A DNA stretch of 64,000 bases from the human T2T-CHM13v2.0 reference genome, Homo sapiens: positions 5,472,001 to 5,536,000 of the forward strand of contig CP086569.2 of the NCBI GenBank assembly GCA_009914755.4. The letters run 5' to 3'. Every line of letters begins with the position of its first letter. Within the stretch, counting starts at the first letter, position 1. Both the position numbers and the translations under genes were made by a program. The notes beneath the pieces are model-generated. The model searched no databases, was not told the origin of the DNA, and saw only the letters and a program-made list of their open reading frames with translations. Shown here one piece after another: positions 37,991-58,118 of this stretch.

Positions 37991-40659
37991 ATTTTACAGA
38001 TATTAAATTTTTTCACAACAGTTCACTAGATGCATTAAAAGATACAACCTATTAGTTAAAAAAAAAGCAAAACATTCAAGCCCTTGGTTGTTATCTGTGA
38101 AAGCTGAAATGAAACTAAAAGAGAGTACTGAGTAAGACCTTTATTCTATCACAAGCACAGATTTCAGTGAGTCTGAGCTTTAGCCACTAGCCTCTAAGCT
38201 GATGCCCAAGGTAAAAATTATGCAGGGACAACAGACAGTACTTCTAAGACCTGTGGTTACTAAGAAGGTAGTCAATGTGGGGGAAGGGAAAAACCAAGTA
38301 ATGATTGGAACCAGTGGGTATAGTGTGAAAAAAAATTGTTTCATTTTGTAAATCTGTATCATCAAATTTCTGAGAAGCCTTTACTAAAATGGATTGTGAG
38401 AGTGTAACTGGCCAGTGGGTTTTTCTTGTCTGTTGCCCAGAGTGAGCAAATTTATCAAGACAGGGAAATGCCAATAGAGAAAGAGTTTAACTCATGCAGA
38501 GCTGGCTGAACAGGAGAATGGAGTGTTATTATTACTCAAATCAGTCTCCCTGAAAGTTCAGAGACTGAGTTTATTTTAAGAATAACTTGGGGGGTAGCGG
38601 AGAGTAAGTGGGGAGTGCTGATTTGTTGGGTCAGAGATAAAGTCATAGGGAATCAAGGCTGTCTTCTTGTGCTGAGTCAGATTATGGATTGTGGCCACAA
38701 GACCAGATGAGCCAGCTTATTGATCTGGGTTGTGCCAGCTGATCTATTGAGGACAGGGTCTGCAAAATATCTCAAGCACTGATCTTGGGTTTTACAATAG
38801 TGATGTTATCTCCAGGAGCAATTTTGGGAGGTTCCTCATCTTGCAGCCAGAACCTGCATGACTTCTCAACCATAATTTCTAATTGTGTAGCTAATTTGCT
38901 AGCCCTGCAAAGCAGTCTAGTCCCCAGCCAGGAAGGGAGTTTGTTTTGGAAAATAAGCTGTTATCATCTTTGTTTGAAAGTTAAACTATAGACTCAGTTT
39001 TCCCAAAGTTAGTTCAGCCTATGCCCAGCCCAGGAATGGACAAGGACAGCTTAGAGACAAGAAGCAAGATGGAGTCAGTTAGGTCGATCTCTTTCACTGT
39101 CATAATTTTCTCAGTTATAATTTTTTCAAAGGCAGTTTCACTGGGGACCTAAAGCTTTCTTACACAAGAGGGGATAAACTGATCTGGGGGTGGAGAAGAG
39201 AAGTTCCTAGGACTAGAATATAAAAATGTAAAGGTTGATATAATTATAAAGGTTGGAATGCTTTAACAGGTTTTATGTAAAGAAGTTGTGTCTCCTTTAG
39301 CTAAACATTTTATGAAACTGGATATTATATCTGAGTGGGGAACACTTTTCCTACCTAGTATCATAAAACAAAAACCAGTTGATAAAGTCCTAATGGAGGT
39401 TACAGTTGGGAAAGTAAGAGTTGATAAAATGAAAAGTTTATAGGCGAGTTTGTACACGTGAACATGATTTATATGAAGTGGTAGTGTCTCCTTTACTTGA
39501 TTGTATAATGAGCATGGACATTGTATCTGAATGGGAAATCTCCTACCCAGTTGTGTAAAATAGAAGAAATATAAATATGCCAATTTAGCAATATTAATTG
39601 GACATCATGTTAAACAGAAATCAGCAAGATTTTCTGAGCCCACAGAATGTAGAATAGAAGCTGGAGTTCTGGTAGGAATAAACTCTCCCTTTAATAGCCC
39701 TCTGTTCAGTGAGAGAAAAGAAAAATAGCTCAGAGCAATCTGAACTGTGTGAGGTATGCAGAACCAAGAGAAAATGAGTACAGGATTTTAGTCATCTCCC
39801 TCTGCTCACACTTATGCCTGGAGAAAATTTTTAAAAGTCATTTTGTTTCTGAATAGCTGTCTCACCCATTATTTTTATGTTCCTGGAATTCGTGATAAAA
39901 AGAACAATGTATAGCTGATCAATAGCTTATGTAATTTTAATGTAAATTCCGGGGAAACAACTCAGAAACTGACTCTTCTTTTCTTTACAAATCCACCTGT
40001 AACTGCTGCCAATTGAAGTTGTCCTGCCATATTCAGGACAATATGAATCTATGCTCTCAGGTTGCAAATTCTCAATTTTGGACCCAATAAAATCTCTACT
40101 TTTGTTAATTTTGCCCCAGCTTCTTCCATTTAGGTCAACAAGTGTTAGCAGAGGTAGAGCTTATGGCAAAAGTGGGTGAGTGCCTCTCTGTGATGATTAC
40201 CTGGAAGTTTGGATTAAAATCTTTTTACTTGCAGGACATTTGGTGCTTTACTATGGGACATTAAGTGAAGCTACCCTTTATGATTGAAATGAAGCTACCC
40301 TTCATTTTATAAACCTCGAATACCAAACTATCTTGGGTGATGTCAGAGAAATACTCTAACATAGTAGCAGTGGCCAGAAGAGTTTCATAATAAAACTGAA
40401 ATTGTTTATACAGAATCTTGTTACCTGGGGAATCCAAAAAGAAGATACTCTTGAGAAGGAAACCTCTTTTTCCCTAGAAATGACTAAGAAACTGTGTCCA
40501 AAGCTGCTGGATTCTATCAAAAGTTTGAAAGTGCCCTATAAACAACCCTCTTCTGACTAACAAAGAGCTGCTTGGGATGTAAATGACAATTCTGAGGTGA
40601 ACAGATGACATCCTATTTGGAAGGATGCCAGTCTGATTAAAGAAGGTAATGCCCACTTG

Positions 40660-46380
<5,721 letters not shown>

Positions 46381-48659
46381 TCTTATGCCCTAAATCAAGT
46401 CAAATATGATAGACTGATATAGAGATTATTTTTACAGGAAATGCACCAATAAAACGAACAAGTTTAACAACAACAATAAAAAAAGGTAACAGCAACAACA
46501 AAATAACCCTGGTGGGATGAACTGCATTCTGTAAAATAAATAAATTAATAAATAATAAAAGCCCCTGTGCTTGGGTTTTTATTGATTCATGGGCAGTGGC
46601 CAATGGCTGGGCCACATGATCAGGCAGAAGGGCAATGAAAATCTGGCTTATTAATGGGATGCCCATATGACCTTATGGAAATTTGAGGAGTTCATTAAAG
46701 TAGAACATGTCTATGCTTATCAGAATAGCCCCTTTTCAGGTTCAGAACGTAATTAGAATTGACAAGCTGATATCCATCCACCATGCGATCCCTTGAAGTG
46801 GCTGCCTGGGTCCATGAAATGAGTGGATATAGGCATATTTCAGCAATTAAGAGATGAACTTAATCTAGACATGTTTCTCTTACACCCTATTAGACACATA
46901 ACAACAATAAAAATTCTTATGTATGCCAGCAAGGAGACAGAGCCTGCCAATGGTTATGTGGCAGATTCCCTGGTGGGAAGGCCATAAAACTAGCTGGCAA
47001 GTGGGACTGAAGCTGGTAGACCTGAGGGAGCTACAAATGGGTCTTGACAGGAAGAAACAGGTTCTGGACTAGGCTTTGATTATCCTGTGGAAGATGCAAA
47101 TGTTCAGAGTGTTGTAAGAAAACCAGAACAGAAGATATTGCATAGATGTGAATGGGCAAGCATCATTACTTCAGGCTGAGAGACCCACCATACAGGCAAT
47201 AACGTTCAACAGTGGGCAAAGATATCTCCTTTCAGAGTAATAGTTTGATAGAAAAGTGAAACAGGCAATGAAAACATTGGCTGCCTAAAACAAGGGGAGA
47301 TAAAAGAATAACGGAATGGCTTATGAATGTGAGCACAGGGCTTCATAAATGTGTGACCACACTCAACGTAAGTGGGGTTAAGGGAAGGTTCCCATTGGTT
47401 AGATTCCTTCACATTTCTGTGGTTTTTGTGAAGAGGGGATGGGAAAGAATGCCAGTGTGACTATGTGACCCTTGCCAAGAGAGGAGTATATTAATACAAG
47501 GACTATACTTTTTCCCTACATAACCTCAAAAAAATATTTCTCCTGTTTGATGCAGTGGTTCTAGGACCAGGGCAGTAAAAACAAGTGCTGAAAGCAGAGA
47601 CGATTTTTAAGAAAGAAACTATAACTATGTATTAAAGCTTTATGTCAGAATTTCAAAAGGCCAGATGTGGGTGGATGTTGCCTTCACCACATCTGGCAAA
47701 ATTGGAGTTAACAGTGAATGTAGCTACATTTTCTGGAGGTAACAATAGCTATCTAAATGTGAATGGACTGAGGAGGAGGTACCTGCTAGACTAGTGCTTG
47801 CAACGTAGATCAACACGACTGCTTATTCTAATGTCTCATCCAAAGGTGGAAGTCTGAGTATTAATGGAGAGATGGAATAATAGCTGAGGGTAAAGGGATG
47901 AATAAATGGGTTTTGAATTGAGGGAAATCCTATATTACTTTAAAACCTCAAAAGAGGCTTAAAGAAAGATTATATTGTCTCTTAGCTCAAGTATGCCAGA
48001 TGCCTGAAAGGGTGAAGCTATGTTTGCTAAGACCACTGCTGCTTTTGTATCCTGCCAAGATTGAATGAATATCTGTAAACATTAATGGCCTTACCCTGGA
48101 AGAGATTCATGCAATATAATGGACTGAACTAATGATTATATGGGATTCTAGAATTTGGTAGTGTCCTCTGAGTTGTATGTCCTTTTGATGTAAGGGATTT
48201 GAATTTGAAGACCAGGGGCAGTCTGTGATATTGTAAAATACATATTTAGTCTTCAATCTTGTTTCCAGCAATACAACTTCTAAAATCTTTAGAAACTCCA
48301 AAGTGATGTCTTTGTATATGCTAATAAGTTGACTGATGACTGGCATCCCCAAGGTAGCTTCAGGATAGGAGCTGGTTACGGGAAACACTAAGGCAGGATT
48401 AGAGGGTTGAGAGATTTCCCCAAATTCCAGGGGCTAAAGACTACCATGATCACCAATAGCCAATGGTTTAATCAATCATGCCTATATAATAAAGCCTTCA
48501 TAAAAACTCAAAAGGACAGGGTCTGGGGAGCTTCTGAATAGTTGAACATATGTAATTTCCTGAATGATGGTATGCCAGGAGAGCCATAAAAACTCCACAC
48601 CCCTCCCACATGCCTAGCCTTATGAATATATTTATGTGCATCTTTTGCAATATTCTTTA

Positions 48660-51600
48660 TAATAAAGTGGTAAACATAAAAAAGAGAAATTAGAAAAACA
48701 AACAAAACAGGAACTCAGAAGATGAAAAGTACAATAATTGAATTAAAAATTCACTAAAAGGATTCAACAACTTTGAGCAGGCAGAAAAATGAATCAGCAA
48801 AATTGAAGATAATTTAAATGAACTAGTGTGAGGAATATAGAGAAAAAATAATGAAAGAAACGAACAGAAACTGAAGTAAATGTCAAACATCAAAAAGTGT
48901 ATTAACATATACATTATGGGAATGCCAGAAGGAGAAGAGAAATGGGAAAATAAAATATTTAAATAAATAACTAATGGATGAAAAGTTAAATATGATAAAA
49001 TATATGAATCTACACACCAAAGAAGCTAAATGAACTTCAAATAGGAAAAACTAAGAGACTCACATTGAAACACATTACAATCGAACTGTTGGAATCTAAG
49101 ACAAAGAGACCTCTTGAAAGTGGCAAGATAGAAATGATTCATTTCACATAAAGAAATCTCCAATTAGATTAACAAATGATTTTTTATTAGAATCCATAAA
49201 GGCAAGCAAGAGGTGAGATGACATATTTAAAGTTCTAAAGACATAAAACTGGCAACAAAAATTCTATACTTCACAAAACTATTCTTCAAAAATAAAGGAT
49301 AATTAAAATATAACTAGATAAGCAAAAGCTGACACAGATTATTAATTGTAGAACTTCCCTGCAAGAAATACTAAAGGGAATACTTTAGGCTAAAATAAAA
49401 GAACACTAGACAAAAACTTCAAGGTATATGAAGAAATAAAGAACACTGGTAAAAGTAACTATATAGGTAAATATGAAAGGTGGTATTATCATACTTTGGG
49501 TTTGTGACTCCTTTATTTCTTCTACAATTTAAAGTCTAAATTAATAAAATTTTAATTATAAATCTATGTTAAAGGAAACATAATATGTAAGAATACGATC
49601 TGTGACTATTAAAATACAAAAGAAGAATGAAGGAGATATATAGTAGCAGTTTTTATACTACTGAAATTAAGTTGGTATTATTCAAACTAAGTTGTCTTAA
49701 GTTTAATATGCTAATTGTATTCTCCATGGTAACCAATAAGAAACAAGTAAAATGTATAAAGAAAAGAAAGAAGAAAATCAAAATGGTGAACCATTAAAAT
49801 TTTAAAAAGTAAAAATAAAGCAGTAATGGAGGAGTAGAATGAATATAAGACATACAGAAAACAAATATCTAGATGGCAAAGGTAAGCCCCTTCAAATCAA
49901 AAATTACTTTAAATATTAACAGATTAAACTCTCTAATTGAAAGGCAGATATTGGCATAAATGATGGAGAAACGTGATTTATTTATATGCTGGCTATAAGT
50001 GACACACTTTAGTTACAAATGCACAAAGAGGTTGAAATTAAAAGAATGGAAAAAGATTTTTCATGAAAATAGAAATCAAAGTGAGCTGGGGTGGCTATAT
50101 TATTGCAAAGAAAACAGACTTAAAGTAAAAAAGAAGTTACAAACACAAAGAGGATATACACTGGTAAAAGGCAAAATGTGGCAAGAAGATATAGCAATTA
50201 TAAACATATATGAACCCAACAACAGACTTCAGTGCTCCGTGTTCAATAACGGATAGAACAACCAGACAGAACTTTAATAAGGAAGTAGAGGACTTGAATA
50301 ATACTATAAAACTATTAGACCTTAAAGATATATACTGAATATTCCACCCCAAACGACCATACATTCTTTTCAAATGCATGCAGAAAATCTGTAGAACAGA
50401 TCATATTTTAGGCCGCAAACAATTTTTAATAAATTTTAAAATATTGCCATCATATAAAATATTTTATGATTATAACGGAATACAATTAGAAATCAATACC
50501 TAAAGAAAATCTAAAAACTTCATAATTATGCAGAAATTAAACCAAAACCTCTCAAACAACTAAAACATTAAAGAATAAATCATAAGGGTAATTGGAAAAT
50601 GTTAAGAAATATGCAAAACAATCTATCAAAACTTATGAGATGCAGCCAAAGCACTGCTGAGAAATCTATAGCTGCAAATGCTTAAATAAAAAAAAAAATT
50701 AAAATCTCCATTCAACAACGTAACTGTATGCCTAAAAACTATAAAAAGAACAGCAAACTAAACCAAATATTAGCAGAGGAAAGAAATAATAAATATTAGC
50801 AGGGAGGTAAATGTAACAGATAATAGAAAAGCAACAGAGAAAATTAATGAAACTGAAAGTTTTTGAAAAGATATTGACTAAGAAAAAGAAGACAAATTAA
50901 TACAATAAAAAGTAAAAGGATAACATTATTATCAACTTCATAAAAATAAAAGGATTAAAAAACATTATGAGCATTTACATATCAGAAAATTGACTAACCT
51001 AGATGATATAAACTCACTTTTAGAAAGATAAACTACCAAAACTGACACAAGAATAAATAGGAAATATGAAGAGAACAGTAAAAAGTAAACATATTAAATT
51101 GTTAATCAAGAACCTCCAAACATATAAAATTCCAAGATAGATCAGATGGGTTCATTGGTAAATTCTACCAGACGTTTAAGAAACAATTGGCACTAATTCC
51201 TTTGAAACTTTTCAAAAAAGTGGAAGAGCAGGAAATAGTTTTAAACTCATTCTGTGAGACTAACATTACCGCACCCCAAAGCCATATAAAGACAATACAA
51301 CAAAACTACAGGCTAGTTTCTTTTTGACTATAAATTTAAAAATCCTAAGCATAATATTAGAAAACCTAATTCAACAGCATATTAGAAGGATTATACATAA
51401 TATCTAAGTGGTATTTATCTCAAAAATCCAAGAGTGATTAAATATATGAAATTCAATCACTGTAATACACTATACTAACAGACCAAAGAAATAAAGCCAC
51501 ATTATCTGAATTGATACAGAATATGCATTGAATAAAATACAATATCCTTTCAGGATAAAGACATTCAAAAACTAAGAATGGAAGAAAATGTTCCCAAGAT

Positions 51601-52056
51601 TAAATAAATACCATAAACGAAATACCCACAGCTAATATCGTACTCATTTGTGAAACACTGAAAGCTCTTCTGAGGATTCCTGCTTTAGCCATTTCTATTC
51701 ATCATAGTCCTGGAAGCCCTAACAAGGAGATTATGCAGGAAAAAAACCTACAAGCACCCAAATTGGAAACTACATGGAAAATTATCTGTTTTCGCAGGTG
51801 ACCTAACATTATATGTAGAAAACCCTAAATATTACACAAAAAATAATCTGTCAGAGATAATAGACAAATGTATCAAAGTTTCAGAATACATAGTTACCAT
51901 TCAAAAATCAGTTGTATTTGTATACAGTAACAATTAAAAAATTATTCTATTTTCAATAGCATCAAAAAGAATAAAATACTTATGAATAAACTTAGCCAAG
52001 AAGGTAAAGGACATACATCAAAAAACCATAAAACATTACTGAAAGAAATTAGGGAC
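48660..52056 (+). mobile_element. Ancient L1 (L1M/L1PB-type), plus orientation, 5' part (ORF1 and ORF2 EN/RT remnants). Interrupted at 52056/52057 by the HERV-L provirus and continued at 58571
   Basis: Heavily decayed reading frames with L1 signatures: ..KAGVAILL.. (EN region near 50080), ..YKIPR.IRWVHW.ILPDV.ETIGTNSFETFQK.. (RT N-terminus near 51130), ..FISKIQE.LNI.NSITVIHYTNRPK.. (RT). A/T-rich. Confidence 0.8.
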
Positions 52057-52512
52057 TGTGATGGTTAATATTGAATGTCAACTTGATTGGATTGAAGGAT
52101 GCAAAGTATCGGTCCTGGCTGTGTCTGTGAGGGTATTGCCAAATGAGATTAACATTTGAGTCAGTGGACTGAAAAAGGCAGACCCACCCTCAACATGGGT
52201 GGGCACAATCTAATCAGTTGCCAGTGCAACCAGAATAAAAGCAGGCAGAGGAATGTGAAAAGACAAGTCTGGTTTAGTCTTGTGTCCTACATCTTTCTTC
52301 AGTGGTGGATGCTCCCTGCCCTTGAACATCAGACTCTAAGTTCTTCAGCTTTGGGACTCAAACTAGCTTACTTGCTCTGCGGCTTGCAGATGGCCTACTG
52401 TGGGACCTCACCTTGTTATTGTGTGAGTCAATACTCCTTAATAAACTCCTCTTTATATATACATCTATCCTATTAGTTCTATCCCTCCAGAGAACCCTGA
52501 CTAATACAAATT
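52057..52512 (+). repeat. HERV-L 5' LTR (MLT2-like)
   Basis: TGTGATGGTTAATATTGAATGTCAACTTGATTGG ... ccaatcagttgccagtgcaaccagaataaaagcaggcagagg ... ccctgactaataca. Homologous to 58119-58570. Confidence 0.85.
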
Positions 52513-52514
52513 TT

Positions 52515-52538
52515 GGTACCAGAAGTGGTTCTAGAGCA
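52515..52538 (+). promoter_or_regulatory. Primer binding site complementary to the tRNA-Leu (UAA-type) 3' end
   Basis: TGGTACCAGAAGTGGTTCTAGAGC lies 2-3 nt after the 5' LTR end. The tRNA-Leu 3' end ...GGGTTCGAACCCCACTCCTGGTACCA predicts TGGTACCAGGAGTGGGGTTCGAAC, which matches over about the first 14-15 nt. Confidence 0.65.
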
Positions 52539-53422
52539 ATAGAATATCAAGATGGAGTTATTTTGTTGGTTTTGGGGTTTCTGGAGTTGGCTACTTAATA
52601 TGGATTAGGCCTCAAAATGCTAAGGACTCTACTTCTAACTGTATGAAGAACACTGATAGTCCTTACCGTGAACTGTTTGGAGAGTTATGCATAATGAACA
52701 CATTTGATACTTCTGATTTCACTGCTCATGAGAGGCAAGGAGGTTAGTTACTCTACATAATACCTTTGATCATATGTGGAGAACCAAGGATATAATAAAG
52801 TTGGTTGGTTGCTTCTGAGTTCACTGGAAAGGGATGAAAGAAAATGATGAACTCAAGGATTCCAACTCCTGGCTTCAGAAGCAGACACGGAGCCTTAAAC
52901 CTTCTAAGACTGCTCTGAGTGAGAGTATTATCTCTTGTAGGAAAAGAACTGAAATTGTGGAAAATCAGACACAAGTTCTTATCATGTAAGCAGCTGACCT
53001 GCAACAAAAGGTGCATGCACAGCCTTTCCAGGTGTCTACTGTTAAAGTGAGGGCATTGATTCAAAAAGAATGGGACCCTGAAACTTAGAATGGGAATGTG
53101 TGAGAGGACCCTGATGAGGCTGGGGACATTGAGCTTGTAAACTCTGATGAGACTTTTTTGCCAGAAAACAAAAAACAGCTTCCCTATCCCCAGTAGTGGC
53201 AATATCCCCCCTGCCCCAACCCATGCTGCCATCAGCCTTTCCACCTTTGTCTGAGGAGATAAACCCTGCACTGCCTGAGGCAACAATGATGGCCTCCCCT
53301 GAGGCAGTTGTCAGCAAGACAATGCTGATTCTCCTCAGGAGCCACCCCCAACACCCCTGTTTGCATCTAGTCCTGTAACTAGACTAAAGTCCTGGCTGGG
53401 CCCCAGAGGTGAGGTTCAGAGT

Positions 53423-54290
53423 GTGACACACGAGGAGGTACACTACACTCCAAAAGAACTGATTGAGTTTTCTAATTTTTATAAGCAGAAATCTGGAGAA
53501 CAGGCATGGGAATGGATATTAAAGGCGTGCAATAATGGTGGAAGGAACATAGAATTGGATCAGGCTGAATTTATTGATTTGGGCCCACTAAGCAGGGGCT
53601 TTGCATTCAATGTTGCAGTTTGGGGAATTAAAAAAGGTTCCAATAGTTTATTTGCTTGGTTAGCTAAAATGTGGATTAAAAGATGGCATATTGTGAATGA
53701 GCTGGAAATGCCTGATCTTCCTTGGTTTAATGTGGAGGAAGGGATCCAAAGGCTTGGTGAGATTTGGATGCAGGAGTGGATTAGTAAATTTAGACCTACT
53801 CATCCTAGCTGGGAGGGTTCAGAAGATATACCCTTGACCAATATTTTGTTAAATAGATTTGTGAGGACAGTACCTGCATCCTTGAAGAGCTCTGTTATTG
53901 CTCTTCTCTGTATGCCAGATCTTGCAGTAGGAACCACAGTCACTCAACTACAAAATGGGAATAATTGGATCCCGAGGTGGCAGAGGCCAAGTGGCAGCAC
54001 TCAAACGTCAAAGGCAAGGTGGGCATAGGTACGATAATGGAAAGCAAAGGCAGAGCAGCAATCAGAATAGTCTGACTCTTGTAGAGCTCTGGCATTGGCT
54101 AATTAATCACAGTGGTCCTAGAAGTGAAATTCACAGGAAGCCTACTGCACTCTTACTTAATTTATATAAGCAGAAAACTTCCAGGCCAAGTGAACAAAAG
54201 ACAAATTTGAATTATAAAAATAGAGAATCATGGCGCCTCCATCAATTTCCAGACTTGAACCATTTTACAGACCCAGAACCACTTGAATGA
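53423..54290 (+). CDS. HERV-L gag remnant (two overlapping frames 53423-54028 and 53955-54290, frameshifted)
   Basis: Open frames lie between the leader and protease. Assignment rests on position in the provirus. No zinc-finger motif was recognised by eye. Confidence 0.5.
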
Positions 54291-54308
54291 AGGGGAAGCC
54301 AGTTCCCC

Positions 54309-54840
54309 TTGGGGAAGGACCCCACTACACTACCAACAATTTATGCTGTTAATTTTTCTTCCATCTTTTACCAAGGAGACCTCCAGCCTTTTACCAGGGT
54401 AACTATGCATTGGGGAAAGGGAAATAATCAGACCTTACAAGGACTGGACACAGTCTCTGACCTGATGTTGATTCCCAGGGACCCAAACGTCATTGTCGTC
54501 CTCTAGTAAAAGTAGGGGCTTATGGAGGTCAGGTAATTAATGGAGATTTAGCTGAGGTCTGACTTACAGTAGGTCCAGTGGGTTCCCAGACTCATCCTGT
54601 TGTCATTTTCCCAGTGCCAGAATGCATAATTGGCATAGATATACTGAGCAGCTGGCAGAATCACCACATTGGGTCCCTGACTGGTAGGGTGAGGACTATT
54701 ATGGTGGAAAAAGCCAAATGGAAGCCATTAGAGCTGCCTCTACCTAGAGAAATAGTAAATCAAAAACAATATTGCATCCCTGGAGGAATTGCAGAGATTA
54801 CCACTACCATCAAGAACTTGAAAGACGCAGGGTGGTGATT
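54309..54840 (+). CDS. HERV-L retroviral aspartic protease remnant
   Basis: ..TLQGLDTVSDLMLIP.. (degenerate D-T/S-G active site) and ..IIGIDILSSW.. (GRD/N-like flap motif), in ORFs 54309-54506 and 54578-54838. Confidence 0.7.
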
Positions 54841-55950
54841 CCCACCACATCCCCATTCAACTTTCTTATTTGGCCTATGCAGAAAACAGGTGGGGCTTGC
54901 AGAAAGACAGTGAATAATTGTAAGCCTAACCAAGTGGTGACTCAAATTGCAGCTGCTGTACCAGATGTGGTTTCATTGCTTGAGCAAATTAACACATGTC
55001 CCAGTACCTGGAATGCAGGCATTGACTTGGCAAATGGTTTTTTCTCCATCACTGTCCATAAGGCCCATCAGAAGCAATTTGCCTTTAGCTGGCAAGGCCA
55101 GTAACATAACTTTACTGTCCTACCTGAGGGGTACATCAGCTCTCTGGCTTTGTGTCATCATTTTGTTTGAAGAGCTCTTGATTCCTTTTCCCTACCACAA
55201 GATTGATCCATTACATTGATGACATTATGCTGGCTGGATCCAGTGAGCAAAAAGTAGCAAACACACTGGACTTATTGGGAGACGTTTGTGTGCAAGAGGA
55301 TGGGAAATAAATCTGACTAAAATTCAGGGACCTTCTATCTCAGTAAAATATCTAGGGGTTATGGGGTGTGGGGTCTGTCAAGATATTCCTTCTAAATTGA
55401 AGGATGAGTTGCTGCATTTGGCCCCTCCTACAACCAAGAAAGAGGCACAACCTATTTAGATTTTGAATACAACACATTCCTCATCTGGGAGTGTTACTCT
55501 GGCTCATTTATCAAGTAACCAAAAAAGCTGCCAGTTTTGAGTGGGGTCCAGAAGAGGAGAAAGCTCTGCAACAGGTTCAGGCTGCTGTGCAAGCTGCTCT
55601 GCCACTTGGGCCATATGACCCAGCAGATCCAATAGTGCTTGAGGTGTCAGTGGCAGATAGAGGTGCTGTTTGGAGCCTTTGGCAGGTCCCCATAGGTGAA
55701 TCACAGCAGAGGCCTCTAGGATTTTGGAGCAAGGCCTTGCCATCTTCTGCAGATAACGACTCTCCTTTTGAGAGACAGCTCTTGGCCTGTTACTGCGCTT
55801 TGGTAGAAACTGAACGTTTGGATATGGGTCATCAAGTTACCATGAGACCTGAAGTGCTTATCATAAACTGCGTGCTTTCTGACCCATCTAGCCATAAAGT
55901 GGGGCATGCACAGCAGCATTCCATCATCAAATGAAAGTGGTACATATGTG
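54840..55950 (+). CDS. HERV-L reverse transcriptase remnant, frameshifted
   Basis: ..LANGFFSITVH.. (RT motif B-like, ORF 54772-55104). Y-I-D-D at 55212-55223 (LIHYIDDIMLAGSSEQ). The connection region is in ORF 55491-55934. Confidence 0.8.
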
Positions 55951-57300
55951 ATAAGACTAGAGCAAGTCCTGAGGGCACAAGTAGGTTACATGAGGAAGTG
56001 GCTCAAATGCCCATGGTCCCCATCCCTGCCACCCTGTCTTCTCTCCCCCAGCCTGCACTGATGGCCTCATGTGGAGTTCCCTATGATCAGTTGACAGAGG
56101 AAGAGAAGACAAGGGCCTGGTTTACAGATGGTTCTGCACAATATGCAGGCGCTACCTGAACATGGACAGCTGCAGCACTGTAGTCCCTTTCTCGGACATC
56201 CTTGAAGGAAAGTGGCAGAGGGAAATCTTCTCAGAGGGCAGAACCTTGAGCAGTGCACCTCATTGTGCACTTTGCTTGGAACAAGAAATAGCCAAATGCT
56301 TAATTATATACTGATTAATGAGCTGTAGCCAATGGTTTGCCCGGATGGTCAAGAACTTGGAATAAGCATGATTGGAAAATTGGTGACAAAAGAATTTTGG
56401 GAAGAGGTATGTGGATGGACCTCTCTGAGTGGTCAAAAATTGTGAAGACATTTGTATCTCATGTAAGTGCTCACCGAAGGGTGACCTGAGCAGGGGAGGA
56501 TTTTAATAATCAAGTGGATAGGATGACTCATTCTGTGGATACCACTCAGCCTCTTTCCCCAGACACTCCTGTCATCGCCCAATGGTCCCATGAACAAAGG
56601 GGCCATGGTGGCAGGGATGGAGGTTATGCATGGATTCAGCAACATGGACTTCCACTTACCAAGGTGACCTGGCTATGGCCACTGCTGAGTGCCCAATTTG
56701 CCAGCAGCAGAGACCAACACTGATCCCTCGATATGGCACCATTCCTTGGGTAATTAGCCAGCTACTTGGTGATAGGTTGATTACATTGGACCTCTTCAAT
56801 CATGGAAGGGGCAGAGGTTTGTCCTCACTGGAACAGACACTTACTCCGGATATGAGTTTGCCTATCCTGCACACAATGCTTTTGCGAAGACTACATCCAT
56901 GGATTCACGAAGGTCTTATCTACCATCATGGCATTCCACATAGCACTGCCTCTGATCAAGACACTCACCTTACAGCTAAAGAAGTGTGGCAGTGGGCTCA
57001 TGCTCATGGAATTCACTGGTTTTACCATGTTCCCCATCATCCTGAAGCAGCTGGATTAATAGGATGGTGGAATGGCCTTTTGAAGTCACAATTACAATGC
57101 CGACTAGGTGACAATACTCTGCAGGGCTGGGGAAAAGTTCTTCAGAAGGCTGTGTGTGCTCTGAATCAGCATCCAATATATGGTACTGTTTCTCCCGTAG
57201 CCAGGATTCATGGGTCCAGGAATCAAGGGGTGGAAGTGGAAGTGGCACCATTCATCATCACTTCTAGTGACCCACTAGCAAAATTTTTGCTTCCTGTTTC
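55950..57300 (+). CDS. HERV-L RNase H plus integrase remnant
   Basis: RAWFTDGSAQYAG at about 56100-56140 (RNase H). H-x3-H near 56461-56475 and CPICQQ at about 56690 (IN zinc finger). The IN core lies in the 251-aa ORF 56630-57385 (..HHGIPHSTASDQDTHLTAKEVWQWAHAHGIHWFYHVPHHPEAAGL..). Confidence 0.78.
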
Positions 57301-57774
57301 CTCGACATCATGTTCTGCTGGACTTAAGGTTGTAGTTCTGATGGAGGAATGCTGCCACCAGGAGACACAACAACAATTTCATTGAACTGTACATTAAGAT
57401 TGCCACTTGGCCACTTTGGGATCCTTCTACCTCTATGTCAACAGGCTAAGAAGAGAATTACAGTGTTGTCTGGGGTGACTGACCAGGGCTATCAAGTTAA
57501 AATCAGTCTACTACTCCACAGTGGAGGTGAGGAAGAGTATGTGTGGAATACAGAAACATTTTTAGGGTATCTCTTAGTATTACCATGCCCTGTGATTAAG
57601 GTCAATGGGAAATTACAACAGTCCAATCCAGGCAGGACTACAAATGGCCCAGACCTTTCAGGAATGAAGGTTTTGGTCATTGCACCAGGTGAAAAAACAC
57701 AACCTGCTAAAGTGTGTGCTGAAGGTAAAGGGAATACAGAATGGGTAGTAGAGAAAAGCGGTCATCAAAATTAG
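57290..57774 (+). CDS. dUTPase domain at the 3' end of pol (ERV-L hallmark)
   Basis: ORF 57349-57774: ..GVTDQGYQVKISLLLHSGGEEEYVW.. corresponds to dUTPase motif 3 (G.ID.DYRGE..V.L.N). Upstream, SAGLKVV corresponds to motif 1 (AGxDL). Its location after integrase matches the published ERV-L/MuERV-L organisation. Confidence 0.7.
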
Positions 57775-58118
57775 CTACAACCACGTGACCAGTTGCAGAA
57801 TCAAGGACTGTAATTGTCATGAGTATTTTCTTCTTATTTTGTTAAGAACATGTTTGTGCATGTATACACTGTACTAAGAAAATATCTTCAATTTATTTCC
57901 TTTTTATTTTATCATGTGACATAAGATTTATTGACTTCATATCAACATTTAAGTGTTATTAACTATGTAATAGCATTTGTGTTAGCGATTGGTGCATTTC
58001 CTACTGTACAAAAGACAGTTGTATTATGTTAGGTGTAATTATGACCTTATTATTGTCTTTACTTAAGATTATGTATGATTTCAGATGTGTATGAGTTCAA
58101 GTTGACAAGGGGTGGACT

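Noticed and set aside
38480-39100. Possible additional LTR (..aaagagtttaactcatgcagagctggctgaacaggagaatgg.. through ..ttctttcactgtcata)
   Set aside because: It looks LTR-like, but I could not match it to a family consensus from memory. I left it unannotated rather than guess.
48300-48660. Possible LTR or MER-type repeat ending in ..ctttataataaagtggtaaacataaaaaag just upstream of the ancient L1
   Set aside because: No family-level match that I can support. The AATAAA alone is insufficient.
52753-53286. 177-aa minus-strand ORF (plus overlapping 91-aa ORF 53042-53317)
   Set aside because: It is antisense to the HERV-L leader/gag region, has no recognisable domain and a low-complexity composition. 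It is most likely a chance ORF inside the provirus.
56630-57385. 251-aa ORF that could be mistaken for a host gene
   Set aside because: It is the integrase core of the HERV-L pol. It is flanked by RNase H and dUTPase remnants in other frames and lies inside paired LTRs.
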